This document shows positions 10,291 through 22,431 of a stretch of DNA of 24,353 nt, piece by piece. Source of the DNA: Octopus sinensis (Eukaryota); contig NW_021836385.1 of NCBI RefSeq assembly GCF_006345805.1, forward strand, positions 1 to 24,353, in the 5' to 3' direction. Made by a program: the position numbers and the translations under genes. Position 1 is the stretch's first letter, and every line of letters starts with the position of its first letter. The notes beneath the pieces were generated by a model, which saw only the letters and a list, made by a program, of their open reading frames with translations, was not told the DNA's origin and searched no databases.

Positions 10291-10291
10291 T
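10147..10291. repeat. (ATT)n then (AGT)n microsatellite
   Basis: Directly visible. Confidence 0.95.
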
Positions 10292-10292
10292 T

Positions 10293-10870
10293 GCAAAATG
10301 CTTGGCCGCATTTCGCCCATCGCTACGTTCTAAGTTCAAATTCCGCCGAGGTCGACTTTGCCTTTCAGCCTCTCGGGGTCGATGAAACACTGGGGTTGAT
10401 GTAATCGAATCGACCTCCTGCCCCCGAATTCCAGGCCTTGTGCCTTTAGTAGAAAGGATTATTATTACTATTATTATTAAGGCGGCGAGCTGGAAGAGTC
10501 GTTAGCGCGCCGGGCGGAATGCTTGGAGGCATTGCGTTCGTCTTTACGTTCTGAGTTCAAATTTCGTCGAGGGCGACTTTACTTCTCATCCTTTCGAGGT
10601 CGATAAATTAAGTACCAGTGATGCGCTCGACTATCCTCCTCCCCCAAATTTCAGGCCTTGTGACCCATGGCAACCTAGCAGAATCGCTAGCGCGCCGGAC
10701 AAAATGTTTAGCAGCATTTTGTCAGGCTGTACGTTCTGAGTTCAAATGCCCCGAGGTCGATTTTGCCTTTTACCCTTTCGGGGGTTGATAAAATAAGTAC
10801 CAGGCAAGTACTGGGGTCGATGTAATCGACTAGCCCCCTCCCCCAAAATATGCCTGTCGTAGAAATGATC
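10293..10870 (+). mobile_element. Three head-to-tail SINE-B monomers (about 10293-10460, 10481-10666, 10668-10870)
   Basis: Each has acgttctragttcaaat..garggtcgactt..ggtcgat. The first ends gtagaaaggattattatt. The copies are mutually diverged. Confidence 0.8.
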
Positions 10871-11120
10871 ATCGTCCTGTAAGAGGGAGAGCTACATCTC
10901 CACCCCCCCCCAACTTTTTCGTTTTTGACTTTATAAACTATGTATATTTCCCTTCCTTTTCATTGTATACCACGTGTACTTACCCCCACCTGTTCAATCA
11001 TTTCATTGTATGTAAACCCCCCACACTTTATGCCTGTCTTTGCATTGTTCCCCTCATCCTCCCTGGTAGAAAATTAATGAAATTCACCTCCTCCTCCTCA
11101 TTATTATTATTATTATTATT

Positions 11121-11382
11121 CAGTAGTTTTATTTTTATTTTTTATAGCGTGCTTTCACTTCACTACCGAGCGCAGCTCTGTGTGCCTTGGGTATGTTGCT
11201 GTGATTTTTGTTGTGATGCTCTGATGGTTATTGTATGGAAAGTGTTCTTCGTAGGATGTGTGCAGTGCCTAGTAGTGCAATTTTCTGTAGGTTATATGTG
11301 TTGTAAGTCCTGGGTTTTGTTATGTATTTGTCTGAATATTTTTTTATCATGCCTAATGCACCTACTATGATAGGAATTGTAT
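11121..11382 (-). mobile_element. Dong/R4-type non-LTR retrotransposon 3' end (fragment 1), flanked by (TAA)n
   Basis: Minus strand reads TIPIIVGALGMIKKYSDKYITK../NLQKIALLGTAHILRRTLSIQ*, followed by a 3'UTR running into aataataat. Confidence 0.8.
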
Positions 11383-11411
11383 TATTCTTAGATTATTATT
11401 ATTATTATTTG

Positions 11412-11451
<40 letters not shown>

Positions 11452-11498
11452 TCATTATTGTTTTTATTATTTTATTATCATTATCATGATTATTTATC

Positions 11499-11904
11499 TC
11501 TTACTCTCTTTTTACTCTTTTACTTGTTTCAGTCATTTGACTGTGGCCATGCTGGGGCACCGCCTTTAGTCGAGCAACTCGACCCGGGGCTTATTCTTTT
11601 GTAAGCCCAGTACTTATTCTATCGTCTCTTTTTTGCCGAACCGCTAAGTGACGGGCGTAAATACACCAGCATCGGTGGTCAAGCAATGCTAGGGAACAAA
11701 CACAGACACGAAAACAATACGCATATATGTATATATATATACGACAGGCTTCTTTCAGTTTCCGTCTACCAAATCCACTCACAAGGCATTGGTCGGCCCG
11801 GGGCTATAGCAGAAGACACTTGCCCAAGATGCCACGCAGTGGGACTGAACCCGGAACCATGTGGTTGGTTAGCAAGCTACTTACCACACATCCACTCCTG
11901 TGCC
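11499..11904 (-). mobile_element. SINE-A, full-length young copy between (TAT)n tracts
   Basis: Very similar to 3043-3451, with intact box A- and box B-like motifs. Confidence 0.9.
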
Positions 11905-12974
<1,070 letters not shown>

Positions 12975-12980
12975 TTATTA

Positions 12981-13043
<63 letters not shown>

Positions 13044-13044
<1 letters not shown>

Positions 13045-13972
13045 TCAGTGTGGGGTAGCGCATTGTCTTAATGAAACATCACTCCTTTTCGATTCACTAA
13101 AGCGGGTCACTTTTTCTTCAAAGCTTGGTTCAAATGCTCTAATTGCTGACAGCAGACTTGAGCATTGATTGTTGCATAGGTGGTAACACTTCAAAGTGAA
13201 TTACTCCTTTTCAATCCCACCAGATAGAGAGAAGAACCTTTCTCCCATGAAGTTCCCTTCTCCGTTGTGGTTGAACTTTTCCCCTTTTACCAAGCCTCGT
13301 TTAACATTTCGATAGAAGATCCATTTTTCGTCACCAGTCACAAGTTTATCCAAAAACGGGTGAAATGAGTTCGCGCGAATGGAGAGAAGAGCAGATGTCT
13401 ACTCGGGATTTGCGGCTGCTTTCGGACAATTCATGAAGTACCCATTTTCCAAGTTTAAGAACCTTTCCAAGTTCTTGAGTTTGTAGGGTTTGAACAGTTG
13501 TAGGGTTCGAACTAAGCTCTATTGCCCTTCAACTAACAATGGAGGATTTTCTTCAAATAATGCCTCAAGGAGCTTATCATCAAACTCAACTGGACGTTCT
13601 GTTCGATCTTCGTCTTCAAGGGTGAAATCTCCACTTCTGAATTTTGCAAACCATCTTCTGCAAGTTCTTTCATTCAAGCATTCTTTCCCCATAAACTGAG
13701 TGTATGTTTTGAGCCGCTTCGGCTGCAGAGTTTCCTTTTTTGTACTTATAAAGTATTATGTGCCTCAAATGCTCTTTAGATACTTCCATGTTAGAAAGGG
13801 TTTTAATAAAAAAAAATTTAATTCTATTATTCTGTAAAATAATAGTTAATTAGTTTAAATGTACACAAATGCATAAGAATAATTTTTAATTCCATTAGAC
13901 ATTCTAAAATACTATTAAATTTCATTCAATCTTAAAAAAGGTAAAATCGGACAGAACTTATAGGATGACTTA
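13044..13972 (-). mobile_element. Mariner (Tc1/mariner) transposon remnant: 5' TIR plus disrupted transposase lacking the third catalytic D and the 3' TIR
   Basis: TA|TAAGTCATCCTATAAGTTCTGTCCGATTTT TIR ends at 13972. ATG at 13789 begins MEVSKEHLRHIILY..CRRWFAKFRSGDFTLEDEDR..GKWVLHEL..LVTGDEKW (13321-13344)..H*DNALPH. Multiple stops and frameshifts. Confidence 0.9.
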
Positions 13973-13989
13973 TATGTGTGTACACATAA

Positions 13990-14001
13990 CATCTATCTAT
14001 C

Positions 14002-14058
<57 letters not shown>

Positions 14059-14204
14059 ATATCCATGCATACATACGTACATGCATGCATGCATGCATCC
14101 ATCCATCCATCCATACATACATATAAATTTATGTGCATCGGTATGTTGTATATATGAGAGAGTTTAGCCAAAATTGGATTCCTTAGACATCGCAAATACT
14201 TTCA

Positions 14205-14242
<38 letters not shown>

Positions 14243-14300
14243 TGTGTGTGTGTGTATCTGTGTGTGAGCATATGTGAATATGTATATATGTACGTGCGTG
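13990..14300. repeat. (ATCT)n followed by compound CATG/CATC/TA/TG microsatellites
   Basis: Directly visible. Confidence 0.85.
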
Positions 14301-14978
14301 TGGCTCACAAACAACATGTTTACCTCGTTATGGTGGTCGTACAGCTGATAAAACCGTAAGAATAAACTGCTTTAAATGATATTAAAGGAGATGCTAACAC
14401 TCTATATAAAAATATTGTTAAAAAATCCATTTACCAGTTAATCTCAGTTAATCCTAATTTATAGCATGCTATTGAATCCGATAATTCGCATATCACCATA
14501 ACTCACTTGCCGCGTCTATTATAGTAGCTATATCTGTGTAAAGCAGACGTTAGCTATATCTGATTGTAATGGTCTTGTATAGAATCGATAGAAAACAAAT
14601 GAAACGGCAAAGTTTTGTTCAGTCAAAAGAGTTAGAAATGTTGTCATGAGAGTATTTCACATCTCCAGATAGGATTCGAGTTGCTGAGTCGAACTAATTT
14701 TACCAGAAAAGGAATCCCACAACCAGGGGGCAACAAGTGCCACTTGCCGTTTCTATGGATTTATTCTATTATCTTTATATTGTACTCGTTTCAATTATTG
14801 GACTACGACCATGCTGGGGCAGAATCTTGAAGGGTTTACTCGAATGAATCGATCCCAGTAAGTATTTTTTTAAAGTTTGGTACTCGTTCTGTCTGTTGCT
14901 TTGCCGAATGTTACGGGGACGAACACAAACCACAACAGTGGCGGAGACGCTCAATCACAAAGGCATGCGCGTACACAC

Positions 14979-15363
14979 TAGGAAGCACTCCGTCGGTTAC
15001 GACGATGAGAGTTCCGGTTGATCCGACCAACGGAACAGCCTGCTCGTGAAATTAACGTGTAAGTGGCTGAGCACTCCACAGACTCGTGTACCCTTAACGT
15101 AGTTCTCGGGGATATTCAGCGTGACACAGAGAGTGACAAGGCCGGCCCTTTGAAATACAGGTACAACAGAAACAGGAAGTAAGAGTGAGAGAAAGTTGTG
15201 GTGAAAGAGTACAACAGGGATCGCCACCACCCCCTGCCGGAGCCTCGTGGAGCTTTAGGTGTTTTCGCTCAATAAACACTCACAACGCCAGATCTGGGAA
15301 CCGAAACCGCGATCCTACGACAGCGAGTCCGCTGCCCTAACCACTGGGCCATTGCGCCTCCAC
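14979..15363 (-). mobile_element. SINE-C2, full-length (385 bp), tRNA-Arg-like head, TSD-bounded
   Basis: Box A TGGCCCAGTGG and box-B-like GGTTTCGGTTCCC. The 13-bp TSD TGCGCGTACACAC lies at 14966-14978 and 15364-15376. Confidence 0.9.
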
Positions 15364-15367
15364 TGCG

Positions 15368-15406
<39 letters not shown>

Positions 15407-15420
15407 ACACACAAACACAC

Positions 15421-15807
15421 ACACACACACTCACACATATACACACACATGTAAATATATATATATATTTATCTATCTATTTACCTATACGCACGCACAC
15501 ACTCACACATACACACACACACTCACACACACATATACACACATATAATTCAATAGAATCTAGGCACATCAATACGTAGGATGCCAGAAATGGCTAGGTA
15601 CAACAATATAGGGTTCACAGTGAGGTAAAACAACCATGAAGGAATCCTACGCATTGATGTGCCTAGATTCTATTGAATTATATGTGTGTATATGTGTGTG
15701 TGAGTGTGTGTGTGTATGTATGAGTGTGTGTGTGCATATAGGTAAATAGATAGATAAATATATATATATATATTTACATGTGTGTGTATATGTGTGAGTG
15801 TGTGTGT
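15421..15807. repeat. Inverted repeat with ~162-bp arms (15421-15582 / 15644-15807) and a 61-nt spacer
   Basis: The unique part attcaatagaatctaggcacatcaatacgtaggat and the flanking complex microsatellite are both mirrored. About 4 substitutions and 1 indel by eye. Confidence 0.9.
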
Positions 15808-16363
15808 AGATAGGAAAATACCAAATCCAATTTAAACCGTAGATCTGACGGGCTTCAATATTGTTTCCACCAACTAAATTCATTTATAAATACTTTGGTC
15901 GGCCCGAAGTTATAGTAGGCGACACTTGCCTGAGGTGCCACGCAGCAGGATTGAACCCGAAACCACGAGGTTGTAAAGCGAGCTTCTTAACCACACAGCT
16001 ATACCTGCGCCTATTTATACGGAAGTTAATTTCAGTAAGCTTTCGCTTGCTTACAGACAAAGTCACAAAATGTTAGATTCTTTACCTCTCACGGTAATTG
16101 AAGTTATCTCCCTCTTTCATGAACTCTCCGAATTATAGTAGAACAATATAGTTGGAAAATGGCGTTGTGCCTCTTGTTATATGACGGGAGCGACAGTCAG
16201 TACAGGACAGGATGTTGTATCGTTGTGATGTTAGAACAACAGAATTCTATCTCTAAAAAGAAATCTCTTTCGCACAGTTCATTCTGCAAAGTAATAACCT
16301 TGAAGACTTAGCTGAAAATGTATCTAAAGAAAGATAGAGAGATTCTCTAAGAGCCTGCACATA

Positions 16364-16937
16364 CGAGGGTGAGTTAAAAAGTAATGCCATTTTGTTTAAG
16401 ACAGGTATAATTACCAACACAGGAACATGTATCCTACATCAAAATGAAGCTGGTCCTCTGTGGATCACATCCCTATTTCTCAACATAGTTACCGTTTCTC
16501 TCAATAGCAATGTTCCACATTCGAATGAGAGCATGTATCCCTGCCCCGTAAAATTCTGTTGACTGTTCTTTGAGCCACTTCTTGTTCACTACAGTTTTCA
16601 CTTCCTCATCACTGGAATAATTTAGCGCCTTCAGACTATCATCTCTTCGGCCCCATGAAAGAGGGCTTGAGAGGAAAACATTATTCCAGTGACGAGGAAG
16701 TGAAAACTGTAGTGAAGAAGTGGCTCAAAGAACAGTCAACAGAATTTTACAGGGCAGGGATACACGCTTTCATTCGAAGGTGAAACATTGCTATTGAGAG
16801 AAAAGGTGACTATGTTGAGAAGTAGGGATGTGATCCAAAGAATACCAGCTTCATTTTGATGTATGATACATGTTCCTGTGTTGGTAATAATTATACCTGT
16901 CCTAAACAAAATGGCTTTACTTTTTGACTCACCCTCG
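16364..16937 (+). mobile_element. Palindromic mariner-derived MITE: 258-bp inverted arms, 58-nt centre, TA TSD
   Basis: TA|CGAGGGTGAG...CTCACCCTCG|TA. The centre plus right arm translate LAPSDYHLFGPMKEGLRGKHYSSDEEVKTVVKKWLKEQSTEFY..IERKGDYVEK*, a mariner C-terminus. Confidence 0.92.
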
Positions 16938-17250
16938 TATAAGAAGAATTGAGGTAAATGTTGTTTCGAAATCTTATCAGATTTGTAGGCTTTGGGTTCA
17001 ACATCAATAACCTGATGGGCGTTGAGTTAGAAATATACAATCGCTCGTTTGGAAGTGATATATAAGACCTTCAGAGTTATAGACAAGGATACAGTTTCAT
17101 AGACGCTCACAAAAAGGGATTTGAGGGACGTTCATGACTATTCTCAGTCAAACGAACTACGTTATAACATTTTCTCTCAAATTCAATCAATCAATTATTC
17201 AGTCAGTTAAATTTATCAGTCATCACTCTTACCGACCAACCAGTCACTCA

Positions 17251-17405
<155 letters not shown>

Positions 17406-17410
17406 CGTCT

Positions 17411-18624
17411 GACATCTCTGGCTCTATGTAGACGACGGTGAACAGGTGTGGTCGCCGTTTGTGAGGCACGCTTTCACGCAGCTCGTCTCCATGACCGAAC
17501 TGCAGTCGTGGATCAAAAAGAGGCCGAGGAAGGGCGAATGGCACCGCGAGTGTCGCGTTGCTCTCAAGCAACTCTGCCGTCCTGGGTCGACCTTAAGTGA
17601 CTTCAACACAACCAAAGCATTCTATAGGGGTTTAGTGGAGGGGAGGTACGACGACGAGCTCGGGGCGAACCTGGACGTCGACGAGGAGTACCTGACCCGC
17701 CTGTTCAGGACGACTTTCGGGCCAGGGCCCATAGACAACTTCCAAAGATCCCTGGCCTGGCAGTGTTACCGAGAAGCGCTACCCGTTCGGGATAAGCTCT
17801 ACAGACACGGCTCGAGAAACACGGGGCCGACCTGCCCGAGATGCGGTCAGAGCGACGAAACCGTTCTGCACGCACTCGTTCAGTGTCCAACAATTTCCGT
17901 CCTGTGGGCTTATGTCGAACAACTGCTGTCACGTATGGGACGAGTCGGTTTATCAGCTGAGTCTATCGTCAATATTGTCACGCCTCCTTCCTTCAAACGG
18001 GAAGGAAGAGCTATTTTCATCATCCTTGTGGCTATGGCGAAAGAATGTATCTGGTGGACGCGTCTGAAAGGATTGGAGACAAACACTTTCCTCTCTGGTC
18101 AATCTCTCATCAACTTCTTCAAGTACCACTTGAAAAGGAAAGTGAGAGTAGAGAGGCAAGTTTTGTCTAGCGAATGTTTTAAAAAAAGATGGGTGAATGT
18201 AGCAAGAATGGCACGTATGAATGACGAAGCACCTTGAGCATAGTCCTATGAACCCAGAAATCGAAAACAGAGAGTTGCTTATTTGCAAAAAAAAAAAAAA
18301 AAGAAATATAAAATGTGACTTCATTGACCGTGGTCTTTTCCGTAGGCTTTTCTTCCCACGGGTAAACCTCACCTGTCCTCCCCTTTACACTTCATATTGA
18401 CATTTCTGTGATAACGATCCCTATTGATCAATTTTTTTTTCCTCTCCCCCTTTTTTTTTAACCCCCCTTTTTTTTTTTTGTCTCTTCTCTCTTTTACGAT
18501 CCCTTTTGATCGAAACTCCCCCTTCCTTTTTTTTTCTTTTTTTTTTTTAAACCTTCAAAAGAAAAGCTCTACCTTGTAATTGTTCTATCTGTGTGCAGCC
18601 CTGTGTGGCTAATAAAGAACATAT
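17411..18624 (+). mobile_element. Tx1/L1-clade non-LTR retrotransposon, 5'-truncated copy 1
   Basis: ORF2 C-terminus with a zf-RVT-like CCHC motif (WQCYREALPV..CPRCGQSDETVLHALVQCP), a pyrimidine-rich 3'UTR and AATAAA at 18611, then directly (TCTA)n. Confidence 0.85.
17413..18237 (+). pseudogene. 5'-truncated ORF2 C-terminal fragment of Tx1-like copy 1 (open; 1-nt deletion just before the stop relative to copy 2)
   Basis: Open frame from HLWLYVDDGEQVW to ..MNDEAP*. It has no RT or endonuclease domain and no true start. Confidence 0.8.
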
Positions 18625-18726
18625 TATCTATCTATCTATCTATCTATCTATATCTATCTATCTATCTATATCTATCTATCTATCTATCTATCTATCTGCC
18701 TGTCTGCCTGTCTTTCTGCCTATCTG

Positions 18727-18770
<44 letters not shown>

Positions 18771-18771
18771 C

Positions 18772-18802
<31 letters not shown>
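18625..18802. repeat. (TCTA)n with variant block CTGCCTGTCTGCCTGTCTTTCTGCC (18696-18720)
   Basis: Directly visible between the two Tx1-like copies. Confidence 0.95.
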
Positions 18803-18803
<1 letters not shown>

Positions 18804-19956
18804 TGCTCTCAAGCAACTCTGCCGTCCTGGGTCGACCTTGAGTGACTTCAACACAACCAAAGCATTCTATAAGGGATTAGTGGAGGGGAGGTACGACGAC
18901 GAGCTCGGGGCGAACCTGGACGTCGACGAGGAGTACCTGACCCGCCTGTTCAGGACGACTTTCGGGCCAGGGCCCATGGACAACTTCCAGAGATCCCTGG
19001 CCTGGCAGTGTTACCGAGAAGCGCTACCCGTTCGGGATAAGCTCTACAGACACGGCTCGAGAAACACGGGGCCGACCTGCCCGAGATGCGGTCAGAGCGA
19101 CGAAACCGTTCTGCACGCACTCGTGCAGTGTCCAACAATTTCCGACCTGTGGGCTTGTGTCGAACAACTGCTGTCACGTGTGGGACGAGTCGGTTTATCA
19201 GCTGAGTCTATCGTCAATATTGTCACGCCTCCTTCCTTCAAACGGGAAGGAAGAGCTATTTTCATCATCCTTGTGGCTATGGCGAAAGAATGTATCTGGT
19301 GGACGCGTCTGAAAGGATTGGAGACAAACACTTTCCTCTCTGGTCAATCTCTCATCAACTTCTTCAAGTACCACTTGAAAAGGAAAGTGAGAGTAGAGAG
19401 GCAAGTTTTGTCTAGCGAATGTTTTAAAAAAAGATGGGTGAATGTAGCAAGGATGGCACGTATGAATGACGAAGCCACCTTGAGCATAATCCTATGAACC
19501 CAGAAATTGAAAACAGAGGGTTACCCACTTGTAAACAAATGTGGTAACATATAACAACATTGACCAAGGTTACCGTGGTCTTTTTCGTAGGCTTTTCTTC
19601 CCACGGATAAACCTTACTTGCTTTCCCCTTTACACCATACATCATAACACTGTGATACACGATCCCTATTGATCGTTCCTTTTTTTTTCCTCTTCCCCTT
19701 TTTTCCCCTTTTTCTTCTTTTTTCATTTCTCTTTTCTTTTGTTCCTTTTCCCTTTCTTTTTTTTTCTTTTATTCTTTTTATTTATATTCTATTTTTTTTT
19801 CATTTTTTATTATTTTTGTTCTTTTCTTCCCTTTTACGATCCCTCTTGATCGAAAACCTACGCCACCCCCTTTTTTTCATCCCCCCAAAGAAAAGCTCTA
19901 CCTTGTAACTTGTCCCATCTGTGTGCATCCCTGTGTGGCCAATAAAGAAACTTATG
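18803..19956 (+). mobile_element. Tx1/L1-clade non-LTR retrotransposon, 5'-truncated copy 2
   Basis: Starts at ttgctctcaagc, which is internal in copy 1 (~17558). The ORF is about 98% identical to copy 1 and stops at 19497. AATAAA at 19941 is followed by (TCTA)n. Confidence 0.85.
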
Positions 19957-19999
19957 TATCTATCTATCTATCTATCTGCCTGTCTGCCTGTCTTTCTGC

Positions 20000-20064
<65 letters not shown>
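19957..20064. repeat. (TCTA)n with the same variant block (19976-20000)
   Basis: Directly visible. Confidence 0.95.
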
Positions 20065-20066
<2 letters not shown>

Positions 20067-20430
20067 AAGATTATGACCAGATCTGTTTGTCTTTCTCACC
20101 ATCCATCAATATATTCAAGATGATAAATGATATTTCTCCACCACCCCTTTTCCGTCTCCTCAGCATCACCATGATCATCGTCATCATCATCACAGTCTAT
20201 CTATACTCTTCACGATCATTCATCAATAATGAAGTATGATCATTCTTGCCTTCCTCTCCCCTTCCCTCCTCTTGCCATGTATTTTGCATTTTTCATTCTC
20301 CTACCATTCCTCGAAACCCCTTCATATCAACCTCTCAACATCACATACTCATTTCCTCCATCACCCCCACCACCACTCTCACTTCCCCACCACAATTACA
20401 TTTAATTCAATACTTCTGATATTCCACCAG

Positions 20431-20465
<35 letters not shown>

Positions 20466-20906
20466 TATATATTATATATTTATATATATACACATACATA
20501 TATATATATACATATACATGTATATACATATATACATATATATATACATATATACATATATTTATGTATATATTATATGTATATATATATATATAATATA
20601 TATATTTATATATATATACATACATATATATATATACATATACATGTATATACATATATACATATATATATACATATATACATTATATATGTATATATAT
20701 GTTAGTATATATATATGTATATATATGTATATCTAATATATACATACATGTGTATAGGTATGTATTTATGTGTATCGTCTGTCTGTGCATCTGTGTGTAT
20801 GCCTATGTATGCATATGAATGTACATACATGCATACATATATTTATGCATATATATATAATATATATATATATATATGCATATATATATATATTATATAA
20901 TATAAG

Positions 20907-20941
<35 letters not shown>

Positions 20942-21075
20942 GTATGTATATACATATATGTATATATATGTTTAAATCTATCTATATATGTATACAGACA
21001 TCTATACATACATACACACGCACACACACACTCACACGCACACACATATATATACACAAACACACACACATATAT
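20431..21075. repeat. Compound TA/TACA/CA microsatellite field
   Basis: Directly visible. Confidence 0.9.
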
Positions 21076-21497
21076 TCATCGTTTCTTCTTCCATTGTCAC
21101 CCATCACGCCCCTCCCCTTATTCTACTTTCCAGTCGTCTTAATATTTTCACTGCTGTTTCCTTCGATACTGATAAGTGTCTCTCTCTGCACGCTCAGGGT
21201 AATACGATATCGCAAACAGAATATCACACTGATAACATTATCGATATAGTATGGCGATCATCATCGGCGAATGCCAGAGAGTAGCGATAATGCGATATAA
21301 TTAATACGATATTGCTAATACAATAGCCGGAATGCGATATCCCTCCAATAAAGGACAAACAAGACGAACAAGAATCGCCATTATAAATCTTGTTAAAGAA
21401 ATCTCTTACTGAAACTTCGAAAATAATGGACATCTTCACTTACATTGCCGTTTATTATTATTTTATATATATTTTTGTGTTATTGAGTTTTGCATAG

Positions 21498-21541
<44 letters not shown>

Positions 21542-21542
21542 T

Positions 21543-22103
21543 GGTGGCGGGCAGGAAGAATCGTTAGCACGCCGGGCGATATGCTTAGCGGTATTTCGTC
21601 TGCCGTTACGTTGTGAGTTCAAATTCCGCCGAGGTCGACTTAGTCTTTCATCCTTTCGGGGTCGATAAATTAAGCACAGTTACGCACTGGGGTTGATGTA
21701 ATCGACTTAATACCTATGTCTGTCCTTGTTTGTCCCCTCTGTGTTTAACTCCTTGAGGGTAATAAAGAAATAGGTATTTCGTCTGCCGTTACGTTCTGAG
21801 TTCAAATTCCTTTCGTCCTTTCAGGGTCGATAAATCAAGTACCAGTTACGCACTGGGGTTGATGTAATCGACTTAATACCTATGTCTGTCCTTGTTTGTC
21901 CCCTCTGTGTTTAGCCGCTTGTGGGTAATAAAGAAATTGGTATTTCGTCTACCGTTACGTTCTGAGTTCAAATTCTGTCGAGGTCGACTTTGCCTTTCAT
22001 CCTTTCGGTGTCGATTAAATAAGTACCAGTTACGCACTGGGATCGATATAATCGACTAGTCACCAGCCCACAAATTTGTGGTCTTGCGCCTCCAGTAGAA
22101 AGG

Positions 22104-22104
<1 letters not shown>
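21543..22104 (+). mobile_element. SINE-B trimer (head + unit + internally deleted unit + unit with standard tail)
   Basis: Junctions aaagaaat(a/t)ggtatttcgtc at about 21773 and 21939. Ends gtagaaaggatt into (ATT)n. Preceded by (TAC)n at 21501-21540. Confidence 0.88.
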
Positions 22105-22159
<55 letters not shown>

Positions 22160-22202
22160 CATCATCATCATCATCATCATTATTATTATTATTATTATTA
22201 TT

Positions 22203-22285
<83 letters not shown>

Positions 22286-22321
22286 GATTATTATTATTAT
22301 TATTAATATTATTATTATTAT
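22105..22321. repeat. (ATT)n/(CAT)n microsatellite (SINE-B tail expansion)
   Basis: Directly visible. Confidence 0.95.
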
Positions 22322-22431
22322 TTCAGGGCGGAAACCTCTGACAGACAGACAGACTACTGTTCGCTCTCACAGAATCTACCAGAACAAACAAGACCGAACG
22401 TTCTGAGAAGTAAAGCAATAATAATAATAAC

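Larger units (their letters stand above)
14773..16011 (-). mobile_element. Old SINE-A split into a 3' half (14773-14965) and a 5' half (15847-16011) by a SINE-C2 insertion and an inverted duplication in its microsatellite
   Basis: 3' half: actcgtttcaattattggactacgaccatgctgg. 5' half: gacgggcttc...ggtcggcccgaag..gacacttgcctgaggtgccacgcag..acctgcgcct. Confidence 0.7.

Noticed and set aside
15290-15363. tRNA-Arg gene (also tRNA-like heads in SINE-A and SINE-B)
   Set aside because: Box A/B motifs are present, but the cloverleaf is incomplete. The heads are embedded in longer dispersed repeats with TSDs, so they are SINE heads.
13044-16937. The MITE at 16364-16937 as the missing 3' part of the mariner remnant at 13044-13972
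   Set aside because: The coding portions are complementary, but the TIRs differ (TAAGTCATCC.. versus CGAGGGTGAG..) and the MITE has its own TA TSD. They are separate families.
17411-19956. The two Tx1-like copies as LTRs or a simple segmental duplication
   Set aside because: They have different 5' truncation points and diverged 3'UTRs, they lack TG..CA termini, and their content is non-LTR ORF2.
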